From an uncultured Phycisphaerales bacterium (lineage in GTDB: Bacteria > Planctomycetota > Phycisphaerae > Sedimentisphaerales > Anaerobacaceae), in assembly GCA_963772725.1 (NCBI GenBank), contig CAVYYI010000005.1, positions 64,001-128,000 of the forward strand: a stretch of DNA of 64,000 nucleotides, read 5' to 3'. How positions within the stretch are numbered: position 1 is the first letter of the stretch; every line of letters begins with the position of its first letter. The translations under genes were made by a program, and so were the position numbers. The notes beneath the pieces were generated by a model. The model saw nothing but the letters and a program-made list of their open reading frames with translations, searched no databases and was not told where the DNA came from. This document shows positions 23,172-34,017 of the stretch, piece after piece.

Positions 23172-23200
23172 TTGACACAACGCCGCTTTCATAGTAAAAT
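23172..23200 (+). promoter_or_regulatory. Sigma70 promoter of the ilvB-ilvN operon
   Basis: TTGACA-17-TAAAAT. Confidence 0.8.
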
Positions 23201-23204
23201 CGCG

Positions 23205-23454
23205 TTGTATTTGTGTAACGAAGCACAAATGCAAACCTGAGAGACCCCAGGTGTAGGGTCGTTACGGGATTACAGCTTGGTTCTTACCTTCGCAATGTCT
23301 GGCCGCCTTTTTGGCTAAAGGCGATTAGGCTTTCGGGGCAACCGGCGGCGCTGTAATTGACCGGAATAATTGGATGGCGGACAGCCAACAACGTTGGAAT
23401 ATAAATCCATCGTTAGCGGCTTGAAGCTTGTATTTTTCAGGAAAGGTAAAAAAA
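23205..23454 (+). ncRNA. Structured 5' leader of ilvB (candidate cis-regulatory RNA)
   Basis: Several stems paired by eye; see findings. Confidence 0.45.
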
Positions 23455-25185
23455 ATGTGTCCCAAAGCTCAATCTTCGGCAGAAGTCGCCGAAACCTCCA
23501 CCCTCAAAACAGGCTCCCAGATTATCGTCGATACCCTCATTGAACAGGGCGTCGATACGATGTTCGGTTATCTTGGCGGAGTCGTTCTGCCCCTGTTTGA
23601 CAAACTCTACCAATCCCCAATCAGGGTTATCATCCCGCGCCACGAGCAGGGCGGCTGTCACATGGCAGATGGTTACGCCCGTGCCAGCGGCAAAGTCGGT
23701 GTCATCGCCGTTACCAGCGGCCCAGGCGCCTGCAATATCGTTACAGGCCTGGCCACCGCGATGATGGATTCTGTCCCGCTGGTCGCCATAACAGGCCAGG
23801 TTCGCACCGACCTCATCGGAAATGACGCCTTTCAGGAGGCCGACACCACCGGCATAACTCGCCCGATTACAAAATACAACTGCATCGTCAAGGACGTCAA
23901 AGACCTCGCGCGGACAATCCGCGAGGCGTTTTACATCGCCTCGACTGGCAGGCCAGGTCCCGTTGTCGTAGATATTCCCGTCGATATTTCAGTTGCCAAA
24001 TGCCCGCCCGACACCTCAAAGGAAATGCGCCTGCCCGGTTACCACATCAAAACCGGAGGACACATCAGGCAGATATCCGCCGCTGCGAAAGCGATTAATA
24101 AATCGCAAAAGCCCGTCCTCTATGTTGGCGGCGGTGTCATTATCGCCAACGCCGCAACCGAACTGCGGGCACTTGCCGAAAAGGCCAACATACCAGTTAC
24201 GATGACCCTTCTCGGCCTGGGCAGCTACGACCAGAGCAAACCAGAATCCCTCGATATGCTCGGCATGCACGGTTCCGCCTACGCCAACTACGCCGTTCAG
24301 GACAGCGACCTGCTCATAGCCGTCGGCGCCCGGTTCGACGACAGGGTCACAGGCGATATTAAAACCTTTGCCCCAAATGCGAAGATTATCCATATAGATA
24401 TCGACCCCGCCAGCATATCCAAAAATGTCGGCGTTGATATACCTGTTGTCGGTGACGCAAAGGCCGTTCTCGCACAACTCGCAAAAGAAGTCGAATTCCG
24501 CGACAGGAAGGATTGGTTCGCCAAAATCGCTGAATGGAAAAAGAAATTTCCCTTCAGATACGATAATCATTCGCCGAAAATCAGGCCTCAGCATATTATC
24601 GAGGAAATATGCCGCCAAACCAAAGGCAACGCCATCATCGCTACCGGTGTCGGTCAGCACCAGATGTGGACGGCACAATTTTACAAATTCAGCAGGCCAA
24701 GGCAGTTTATAAGTTCAGGCGGTCTGGGGACAATGGGATTCGGCCTGCCCTCAGCCATCGGCGCACAATTCGCCATGCCCAATGAAACCGTCATCGACAT
24801 TGACGGCGACCACAGCTTCAATATGACACTGTTCGAGCTTCCAACTGCCGTCGAGCATAATCTGCCCATCAAGGTCTGCATCATGAATAACGGCTTTATG
24901 GGTATGCCTCGACAGTGGCAGGAACTTTTCTACGGCAAACGATATTCGTGCAGCAGCCTGAAAAATCCCAATTACGCCGATGTCGCTCGCGCCTTCGGAG
25001 CCGTCGGAATGACCGTCGATAAAAAGGCTGATATTTCCAAGACCATTAAAGCTATGCTCGCGGAAACCAGACCGTGCGTCGTTGATTTCAGAATCGAACC
25101 CGAAGAAAACGTCTGGCCTATGGTCCCTGCCGGCAAGAGCCTTAACGATATGAACGGCCTGGATATTCTTGAAAGTATGGCCTAA
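23455..25185 (+). CDS. ilvB: Acetolactate synthase large subunit
   Basis: RHEQG, TSGPG, RFDDR, SGGLGTMG, GD...NN TPP-binding motif. Confidence 0.95.
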   Translation: MCPKAQSSAEVAETSTLKTGSQIIVDTLIEQGVDTMFGYLGGVVLPLFDKLYQSPIRVIIPRHEQGGCHMADGYARASGKVGVIAVTSGPGACNIVTGLATAMMDSVPLVAITGQVRTDLIGNDAFQEADTTGITRPITKYNCIVKDVKDLARTIREAFYIASTGRPGPVVVDIPVDISVAKCPPDTSKEMRLPGYHIKTGGHIRQISAAAKAINKSQKPVLYVGGGVIIANAATELRALAEKANIPVTMTLLGLGSYDQSKPESLDMLGMHGSAYANYAVQDSDLLIAVGARFDDRVTGDIKTFAPNAKIIHIDIDPASISKNVGVDIPVVGDAKAVLAQLAKEVEFRDRKDWFAKIAEWKKKFPFRYDNHSPKIRPQHIIEEICRQTKGNAIIATGVGQHQMWTAQFYKFSRPRQFISSGGLGTMGFGLPSAIGAQFAMPNETVIDIDGDHSFNMTLFELPTAVEHNLPIKVCIMNNGFMGMPRQWQELFYGKRYSCSSLKNPNYADVARAFGAVGMTVDKKADISKTIKAMLAETRPCVVDFRIEPEENVWPMVPAGKSLNDMNGLDILESMA

Positions 25186-25203
25186 CTGAATTAACCTATT
25201 CTT

Positions 25204-25230
25204 CTGTCATACCTGCGAAAGCAGGTATCC
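25204..25230. repeat. Single REP-like arm between ilvB and ilvN
   Basis: 27 nt identical to 974-1000. Confidence 0.8.
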
Positions 25231-25287
25231 GGAATTTTTAAGCTTTAAACTTTAAGTTTTAAGTTTTTATGAAAAGTGAGATATACT

Positions 25288-25773
25288 ATGAAACACATAA
25301 TAAGCGCATTAGTTGAAAATAAACCCGGCGTTCTGGCACACGTCGCCGGCATGTTCGCCGCAAGGGCATTTAACATCGATTCACTGGTTGTCGGCAGAAC
25401 CGAAGACCCCGCCCTCAGCCGTATGACCATCGTTGTCATCGGCGATGACCGGGTCGTCGAGCAGGTCCGCAAGCAGTTAGCAAAAATAATCCCCGTCGTC
25501 AAAGTCCAGGACTTTGTCGGTCAACCCGTCGTCGCGCGAGATATGATGCTGATAGTGATTTCCGCGCCGCCCGAAAAACGCCCGGAAATTGTTTCGCTTA
25601 TCGAGATATTCCAAGGCAAGGTTGTCGATATTGGCCAGAAGTTTGTTACCGTTGAAATCAGCGGCCCAGAGGCAAAAATTGAGGCCTTCATCAACGTCTG
25701 CAAACCCTACGGCATAAAAAGCGTAGCCCGAACCGGAACCATAGCCATGCCCCGCCAGGAAACTGAAGTCTAA
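25288..25773 (+). CDS. ilvN: Acetolactate synthase small (ACT) subunit
   Basis: VENKPGVL, FNIDSL, ARTG. Confidence 0.93.
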   Translation: MKHIISALVENKPGVLAHVAGMFAARAFNIDSLVVGRTEDPALSRMTIVVIGDDRVVEQVRKQLAKIIPVVKVQDFVGQPVVARDMMLIVISAPPEKRPEIVSLIEIFQGKVVDIGQKFVTVEISGPEAKIEAFINVCKPYGIKSVARTGTIAMPRQETEV

Positions 25774-27148
25774 AAATCAAAATGGGTCGCTCTTTAATTA
25801 CAGACAATCGTGCAATCGTGGAATCAGGCTGATTTCTTTCCTTTATAAATGCTCACGGCAGCGCCGCATAAAAGCAGGACAAAACTCAATACGACAAAAC
25901 CCCACGACGACATTTCGGTAGCAAATATGTAGAGTTTTCGAATCAGCGGTATGCAAATTATGGCAATAACAAAGTAGTCTGATGTTCGAAGCCAAATCGC
26001 GGCACATAAAACAACTATCGCGGCGGCTGTCCAGATGTCTCTGGTTCCCAGAGAGGTTGGGAGATAATCGAAGATACATGCCATAAGCATAAGAGCGCCG
26101 AGAATGGCGGCTATCTTAGGTAATTTTTTGAGAAAGCCCAGATACAGACCAATTATGCCGATGCCGCCAATTCCCATGCCGAGCGTAACTGTAGAGTGAT
26201 GATGCCTGATGGCGAATCTTTCCAATGCGTCAGTCCCGCAGATGCCAGCGGTGAGGATAAGCACCGCTATAAAACAGAGATCCACGTTTTTACGAATAAT
26301 ACCGAGAATAAAAAGGGTCCCGATAAGGGCGGCGGCAAAAACATGCCAGTTTAGGCCGACATTTGAATCCGGTGAAAAACCTGAGGTCAGAATACAACCG
26401 AGCGCATAAGCGAAGACAACATAGAAAAGGCGATTCCAGCGATGCAAAAAACTTAGCTTAAGAATCCCTATGCCTGTTAACCCAAGGACAATTGTGGGAT
26501 TCCCAAAAAAGTCAAGGCCGAACTCTCGAGAGGTTGTAACCGATTTTGTAAGCACCGCATATATCATAAATGCCAAAGGCACAAGAGAAACGAATACTTC
26601 CGCAGCGCCGAATTTTTTACCCATGTGGCGCATCAACTCAAGCAGCAAAATTGAGACTACACTTAGCAAAGGGACAAAATCACCAAGTGTTTTGTTAACG
26701 GCAAACATATATGACAATGCATACTGGTGCAGAGCGGAGGCAGCCAAAAGAATGAGGCAGAATATCCATACTATTGGCAAAGTATGAAGCAAGGGGACAG
26801 GATTATTTTTATCTTCCCTGACCATAGGTTTTCTTAGGGCGGCATCTACGATGAAGATTATTGCCGAGACGAGCAAGACCAGCCACGCAATCAGCCAGGA
26901 ATTTCTGAGAAAAGTATCGTTTGCTTCGCGTGCCATAAGAAATTTAGTAATAATCGAAGATGCAAGAAAATTCCATATCAGAATTGTCGCGATTCCAAAT
27001 AAAGAGATTCCCGTGAACGGAATAAGCAGGAATTTTCGCATGACTGCCAGCTTTATTAGTCCCAGAATTAAACATCCAAATCCTATATAGATACAAACAA
27101 CAGGGTTATGATAAGCGGCGGCGCCAAGAGTGACGCCGTTACCTATCA

Positions 27149-28159
27149 ACCTGAACTTTGGATAAGGATACAAGAAAAACGGCCTATCTGCCGATGGGAA
27201 TAATAGTTTTGTACAATATTATTAACCCAGCAGGCAAGGAGGCCGTATGACAGCGGATTTTACCAGATTATTTGTGGATGTCGATGATTGTTGGAAAGCT
27301 TTTGAAAAAATGTATGCAAAGCACCTCATAGAAGATGGAACACGTAAACGCAACAGGCAAGGCAACTTAAGTACCAGCGAGATCATGACTATTCTTATTG
27401 CCTTCCAAACCAGCGGCTATCGCACTTTCAAGGATTTCTATCACTACCTTCTTGCCCATCACCGCCATGATTTTCCCGATATGGTCAGCTACGACCGCTT
27501 TGTTTATCTGATACCAAGGGCAATAATCCCGCTGCTTGTATATTTGCAAACCGATGGCATGGATCAGCCCACGGGTATTTCTTTTATTGACAGCACCGCA
27601 CTTAAAGTCTGTCATAATAAACGTATCAGCCGCAACCGTGTTTTCGACGGGCTTGCTCAAATAGGTAAAACAACGATGGGCTGGTTTTTTGGCTTTAAAT
27701 TGCATCTGATCATTAATGACCGCGGCGGTTTATTGGGCTGCCGCCTGACAGCAGGTAATGTCGATGATCGCAGCACGGTGGAGACAATGGCCGACGGCCT
27801 GTTCGGAAAGCTATTTGGCGACAAGGGTTACATCAGCCAGAGCCTGTTTGAAAAACTGTTGGCCAAGGGAATTAAGCTGGTAACCAATATGCGTGCAAAT
27901 ATGAAATGCCGTTTGATGGAGTTGGAGGATAAAATCCTGCTGCGAAAGCGTTCATTGATTGAAACGGTCAATGACACACTCAAAAATGTCTGTCAGATCG
28001 AACATTCACGTCACCGCAGCCCGATCAACTTTCTGGCACATTTGATAGCCGGCCTTATAGCCTATACGAGACTGCCGAAAAAGCCTTCGCTCAAAATCGA
28101 AAACGTCAGCTACCAGCCTAGAGAATTTCTTTGCATCACAGCTTAAACAAAGTTCAGGT
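27149..28159 (+). mobile_element. Complete IS982-family element, copy 2 (1011 bp)
   Basis: 12-bp TIRs acctgaactttg / caaagttcaggt; TSD TATCA at 27144-27148 and 28160-28164. Confidence 0.95.
27247..28146 (+). CDS. IS982-family DDE transposase
   Basis: 299 aa; near-identical to 11-910. Confidence 0.92.
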   Translation: MTADFTRLFVDVDDCWKAFEKMYAKHLIEDGTRKRNRQGNLSTSEIMTILIAFQTSGYRTFKDFYHYLLAHHRHDFPDMVSYDRFVYLIPRAIIPLLVYLQTDGMDQPTGISFIDSTALKVCHNKRISRNRVFDGLAQIGKTTMGWFFGFKLHLIINDRGGLLGCRLTAGNVDDRSTVETMADGLFGKLFGDKGYISQSLFEKLLAKGIKLVTNMRANMKCRLMELEDKILLRKRSLIETVNDTLKNVCQIEHSRHRSPINFLAHLIAGLIAYTRLPKKPSLKIENVSYQPREFLCITA

Positions 28160-28717
28160 TATCAGGAACAACGCCACTAATATAAGCAGGGATATGGCAT
28201 CATCCGTAACGTTTCGCCAAAGCACTATTGTGACCATAACCCCAAGCAGCGCCAACTCGTAAATATTCAGTGTCAATATGAAAGGAAGTGCCTGGCTTAA
28301 CTCGCTGCTTTTTACAAGTTGATATCCCATGACCTGAGAAATGCCGTAAATGATTGAAAGGGCACTGAGACAGTATAGAATACTGCCGCCAGTTAGGCTT
28401 AAGAATTTTTTACAGAACTGTGTAAATTCGGTGAAGGTCAAACCGGGGGGAGTTGTCCGCATAGTGGCGGCGTTAAATGTCAAAATAAATTCCGGCGGTT
28501 TGGATTGGGATTCGCCATTGCTTTTACCGGTTACGTCAAAGTTATCCATATAACCTCCTTGTACTTTTTATAGATTGTATATTTTCTTTGTTTGACGACT
28601 TGAATTGTACTAAGTTGATTCAAAAAGACAAGAAGAATTTGGAATGAGCACCGATTGGCGATTTATGTTTTTCGATTGCGAGGGGAATGACAGAAATATA
28701 TTTGCCCGCAAAAAATT

Positions 28718-30267
28718 CTATCGATTGTCAACGTTGTTATATTTATTCGAAGAGGAGGCAAGTTCCTGCATCTGAGGGTGAATGGTTTTTAATATTTTAC
28801 GAAAGTGAAATCCGAATATGGAAAAGCGAACAGCAAGGGGCAAACGGCGGGGGTTTCTCAGTGACCAGAGTATAAGCATCCAATAGTGTATTTTGCCCTT
28901 TTCTATTATGCCGATTTGCCACATTGACCCGAAAAACGCCTTAATGTCGCGGTATCGCAGTTTAAGCCGCGGTTTGTTCCTGAAATTGTAGTTCTCAAGA
29001 AACGTTTTGATGCGTTTGCAGTAGTATTTCTGTGAGTAGATAGTATTGAGGACTTTCTGATAACCGCCGAGAAGTTCGTGAACATTCATCCGAGGAATAA
29101 AATTCATAGTGCAGTCCATATTGTCTCCTGTCGGCGGAGTTGTCAATCTGTTTTCGCTCATCAGCTTCTTATAGAGTTTTGTTCCGCGAGGGGCGTTGAG
29201 CAGTCCGACCATCGCGGTAACGACGCCGCTATCCTGAATCAGGCTTATCATTTTGTCAAATACACCCGGCTTATCGTTGTCAAAACCGACAATAAAGCCG
29301 GCCTGCACCTGCATACCGAACTGCTGTATCTTTTTGACAGCAGCGACAATGTCGCGTCCGGTGTTTTGTGTTTTGTTGCATTCGGCCAGAGCTTGATTCG
29401 TTCGGAGATTCGATGCCGATAAATACGCAATCGAAACCGGCTCTGACCATCATGGTCATAAGCTCCTCGTCATCCACCAGGTCGATAGAGGTCTGCGTAT
29501 TAAAGGAGAAGGGGTGTTTTCTTTTATCCATCCAGTTTATAATCGCCGGGAGCAATTCTTTTTTCAGCTGCTGGCGTTTTCCTATAAAATTATCGTCCAC
29601 AAAAAACACGTCGCCTCGCCATTTATGAAGATAAAGGCTTTCAAGCTCATCGATTATCTGGCTGGTTGTTTTTGTACGCACCTTATGGCCGAGAGAAGCT
29701 GTAATATCGCAAAAATCACAATTAAACGGACATCCACGGGAATATTGAATGCCCATCATGGCATATTTTTTCATGTTAATTAAATCCCACTGCGGGATTG
29801 GCGTATCTTTGAGGTCTGGTTTTTCGCGAGTGGTATAAAAGGGTTCGGGGCATCCTTTTTCAAGGTCGCTTAAAAAAGCAGGCAGCGTGATTTCCGCTTC
29901 TTTCAGTACGAGATGGTCAATATTCAAATATGCTCCGGGAAACGCGGTAAACAGCGGTCCTCCGGCGACGATTTTTGCGTTCAGTTTCTTACAGCGTTCG
30001 ATAATCTGAGTCGACCGAATTTTTCTGAATTACCATGCCTGTTATGAATACATAGTCCGCCCAGAGGATATCCCGGTCATGCAGAGCGGTTACGTTCATA
30101 TCAACCAGTTTTTTCTCAAAAGATTCCGGCAGCATTGCGGCAACGGTAAGCAGCCCAAGAGGCGGAAGAAGCGCATTTTTGGAAATGAACTTTAGGGCAG
30201 TTTTCAAACTCCAGAAAGTGTTCGGCACTTCCGGATTTACAAGCAGGATTTTCAATTTTTTATTCAT
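28718..30267 (-). CDS. B12-binding radical SAM protein with DUF4070-like C-terminus (indels near 30010 and 29390)
   Basis: PPLGLLTVAAMLP, GGP, SRGCPFNCDFC, FVDDNF, GFIVGFD. Confidence 0.85.
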
Positions 30268-30542
30268 ACTTATAGTCAATAAAAATAAAGATAATACTTT
30301 TGCGGCTTCTTACGTTGAACTGTATGCTAACATCGGTAACGTTTGGAGCTGAATCGGTCATAGTTCCTTTAACCTCGATGCGGCTTAATCTTCTCTTCCA
30401 AATTTAATATAATCAAGCATATTTGTCAACAACTCTTTTTTTAAACTCATCAAAGATTTATCTCTCCGTGTCGCTCACTGTTGACACTTGATAGATTATG
30501 AATAAGTGCAGCGGCTATTGCGGTCCAAGCGAGTTTGATAAC

Positions 30543-30789
30543 TTATTTCAAAATTGACATTCTTTGTATCTGGTCTTTGCGAATCTCGTACTCTCTCTGG
30601 TCAATTTTGCCATCCTTGAGGTCTTGTTCAATTCTTTTCATTTCTCTGTCGGCAACATATTCATAACCACCACCGGCGGCAACCGCTCCGCCGCAGCTCC
30701 CAGCCTGCAGTTCCCCATTTGCTTTCACATCCGCCGGACATCAAAAACAGAGAAAGCACAAACATTACGGTTAATAAAACCCTCTTCAT
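30543..30789 (-). CDS. Small glycine-zipper/SHOCT-like lipoprotein (one indel)
   Basis: SD aggag; MKRVLLTVMFVLSLFLMSGGC; GAVAAGGGY; GKIDQREYEIRK. Confidence 0.65.
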
Positions 30790-30813
30790 ACAATTCTCCT
30801 TATTTATAAAAAA

Positions 30814-32468
30814 AAGCCTTTTGTAAAATTCATAAATATTTGTTAAATAACGACTTATGTCATTATTTTTCTTGCAATCTCCTCCATTTTGGATATTATG
30901 TAAGCGTTGTCAGTAAAAGGACTTACAACCAAAATAAAGGAGATTTTTTTATGTACCACGTTCAAACGTCACTATTTTATGACCTCCAGGAGCTTGTCAG
31001 AAATTCATCGCTGCTGCGAAAGTACTTCTATCTCTTTCAGGCTCTCGATATTTCCATTCTGCCCGACAGAAACTTCGGTGTCGGCAGAACAGGTCACTCA
31101 CGACATGCCATCCTGAGAGGCACTCATCGTCAAACATCTTCAGCAAATAAAATCTGTCCCTGAGCTTATCGAATATCTTCAAGCCAATCCGCCTCTGCTG
31201 GAACTGTGCGGCTTTACGCTCGGGAATATGCCGGACGAATCCCAATTCTATCGTTTCTTGGCAGATACCGATAACTCTGTTCTCAAAGAAATTCATTACC
31301 GTCTAAATCAGCGGCTTATCGAACAGGGATTAGTCAGCCTTGATACCTTGATCATTGACTCCAAACCTGTTATGGCTGCCACAAAAGAAAATAATCTCAA
31401 AAATCCCGCCCGAAACACCACCGATAAAACCAAGACGCCCACTCGAAATCCTGCTGCAACATTGAGCTATTATTCTTGTCAGGTCCTCAACGGCAAAAAG
31501 GAAAACATGCTGTTCTTCTGGGGATACAGGACACATGTCATAATCTCAAAACAAGGAATATCGCTTGTTGAAATAACTCTGCCAAACAACACCACAGACC
31601 AGCAGGTTGCCTTCAAGCTGCTTAAAGAACTCAAACGCAGATACAGGGTCAGAAAAGGCTTTCTGTTTCTTGCGGATAAGGCCTACGATGTCAGAGACCT
31701 GTACACCTTTATAGTTGGAAAGATGAAGGGAAACCCATATATCCCAATCAACCCAAGAAATCAGAAAGATGACAAGACTTTTGGCCCTCACGGCTGTCCC
31801 ATCTGTGATGCTGGTCTTGAAATGAGGTCGACCGGAAGATGGACCGAGGGCAATCGTGAACGCATCAAGTTTCGCTGCCCCTTAAAGGTCAGCAAAAAGA
31901 CTGCTGAAAAACTTAGTAACACCTGTCCGGTAAACCTTCCATCCTTCAATACCGGCAAATGCTACGGCTGTACCAAGTACATTGATATCACTGAAGATGC
32001 ACGTTCGCGTGTCCCAAGGGATTCAAGGGAATTTAAGGAAACTTTCAAGCAAAGAGAATCAGTTCGAGCAATACTTTGCTCGGTTAGGAGACCGTGAAGC
32101 TGAACAGACTACGCACTATTCATTGAAAACCGTGCGTAATCAGATGACAATCGCTCATCTGACGGCAAGTCTTATCGGCGTTGCCGCTGCTATATTGCTT
32201 AAACAGCCCGGGAAAATGCGTTGCCATAAAACATTCGCACAAATACCAAACCGACGCAAGGCCGGCTGATGTCTCAGTTGACGTTGAACGATTAACTTTT
32301 CAAAGAGCTAAGACAGAACTCTCGGGGATACTCTGTCTCTAAACAGGCCTTCTGGCCTTAAAAAAACCAAAATTCACACTCATGCTGCAATAATCCATCA
32401 GTTCCACTGCCATTGCGTTGTTTATCCGTTCCGACCTCTGCTAAAAATCATTCATTTTGCAGAAGTCT
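30814..32468 (+). mobile_element. IS1182/IS5-like insertion sequence
   Basis: Imperfect TIRs agccttttgtaaaat / attttgcagaagtct; tataaaaaa on both flanks (30805-30813, 32469-32477) as probable TSD; boundary +/-1 because of the A-run. Confidence 0.75.
30951..32269 (+). CDS. DDE transposase with Cys-rich insertion (two indels, near 31120 and 32055)
   Basis: DUF772-like N-terminus, IIDSKP, GYRTH, LADKAYD, C-terminal EQYFARL. Confidence 0.8.
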
Positions 32469-32524
32469 TATAAAAAACAGTATTTCACACCGTCAAAATC
32501 GTCACATATTGCCGTTTTTTTTAG

Positions 32525-33070
32525 TTATGGGTTGAACGAAACATATTTGAACTTCTGGCCGCCCAAAGAGGCATCCACCATCAGACCCGTATCTTCCATT
32601 ATGAACACGGCCATGCCGGCCCTGTAACTGGCTTTCGCGGCGACTCCCGCCGTAAGGGCTACGCCGGTAGCCTGAGCGCTAAAGGTGATCGGTTCCGTTT
32701 TGAACTTATCAAAGTCTATCTTGTCTCTGAAGAACACGATTTCGCGGAAGTATTCGCCGCCAATAGAAAAACCGATTGTTGCCTGAGACATGCTGCAGTA
32801 AGCAATCATTTTGCCCTGTTCATAGACTTCGCCTCTGCCAAAAGCGCCACCGCCTATAAATGCGGCCTTGAACACTTTGGGAAGCACTGCATAGCCATAG
32901 GATTCAGTGAAGAACCGTTCAATAGTTGGGTCCTTCGCCTTAAAGACCGAAACCCCTTCCTTTACCTGTGTTCCAAGAACTGCCTTAGCTTCTGCGTTGT
33001 CTGGAACAGTCGCACAACCAGCTGCCACAAAAAGCAGCAGAACGAACGAAATAGTCAGCATTGTTTTCAT
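32525..33070 (-). CDS. YSC84/SYLF lipid-binding domain lipoprotein
   Basis: Lipobox AAGC; YGYAVLP.V.KAAFIGGGAFGRG; GLMVDASLGGQKF. Confidence 0.8.
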   Translation of the reverse strand: MKTMLTISFVLLLFVAAGCATVPDNAEAKAVLGTQVKEGVSVFKAKDPTIERFFTESYGYAVLPKVFKAAFIGGGAFGRGEVYEQGKMIAYCSMSQATIGFSIGGEYFREIVFFRDKIDFDKFKTEPITFSAQATGVALTAGVAAKASYRAGMAVFIMEDTGLMVDASLGGQKFKYVSFNP

Positions 33071-33262
33071 TATTTTTCCTTTCTAAAATATAGAGTCATA
33101 TAACATTTCTTATCTGCGAAAAACATTATTTCACATCGTCGAAAACAGTGTATATTACAGTCATCCAAGAAAACTGAACACACCTTGGTTAATGTCACGC
33201 TAACACCATCGTATAAGCAGGTGCACCCCCCGTGCACCGGCTCTTGAATAACTTTCTCAAAT

Positions 33263-33672
33263 CTACGGAGCTACAACTTTCACGTTGAATTCCTTCGAGG
33301 TTGGTTCCCCTGTTTCCGGGGTACCCTTGACAGAAACCTTATACTCACCGATGGCGGCGTCTTTGGCTGCTGAAATCTGAAGTTGCACATCAGGTTTGTC
33401 GCTTGCCTTAACCAAAACTTTGGTTGGATCGACACTGATGCCCTTGGACGCTTTGATTTGCAGCTTCACATTCCGCTTAAAATACTCGCCTCTTTCCACG
33501 GAGACGGTAACGTGTTTGGATTTCACCCTGTTTAACCTCTGTGCTGAAGGTCGGGACAGCGATCTTGAATCCTACGTCTTTGGTCATGCCGCCGCCTCTT
33601 CGGGCTGCTCGATTGACAGCCGTACATAGCCGCCAGCGCTAACGTTAGTACAATTGTAATTACTGTTTTCAT
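33263..33672 (-). CDS. Small Ig-like lipoprotein (indels)
   Basis: MKTVITIVLTLALAAMYGC, followed out of frame by a beta-rich domain (AAIGEYKVSVKG). Confidence 0.6.
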
Positions 33673-33732
33673 CTTTTGTTCCTTTCTAAAAAATCTAAAA
33701 ATGGAGTCATACAATACACCTTATATTATAAT

Positions 33733-33981
33733 CTACCATGTTTTCATTTCCTCATCGGCTTCACGCCACTCCTCTCGGTTCTTCAGCTCCTGTTCGGCTT
33801 TCAGCCAGTTCTGTTCACTTTGGCCTTGCCTGCAGCCATTCTCGACGTAAATTTCATACGCCCGCCTGGAAATATCTTTATGCGTCGGCATGGCGACGCC
33901 AGGCCCGAAATGGGGAGCTTTATGCTCTTGCTGCATTTCAGACATTTGCGTCGCTTTCGACTTAGTCATGTACTTACTCAT
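33733..33981 (-). CDS. DUF2934 domain protein
   Basis: ISRRAYEIY..NG...G..EQNWLKAEQEL. Confidence 0.85.
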   Translation of the reverse strand: MSKYMTKSKATQMSEMQQEHKAPHFGPGVAMPTHKDISRRAYEIYVENGCRQGQSEQNWLKAEQELKNREEWREADEEMKTW

Positions 33982-34017
33982 AGAATCGTCCTTTAATCAT
34001 AGCTTTGAGCAATGGGC

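Larger units (their letters stand above)
25824..28549 (-). pseudogene. ~569-aa polytopic membrane protein gene interrupted by IS982
   Basis: Removing the IS and one TATCA copy restores an in-frame VALFLI-GNGVTLG junction. Confidence 0.85.

Noticed and set aside
23237..23260. CTGAGA..GACCC resembling a TPP riboswitch in the ilvB leader
   Set aside because: The downstream ACCTGAT..TAAT..GCG.AGG half is absent and the spacing is wrong
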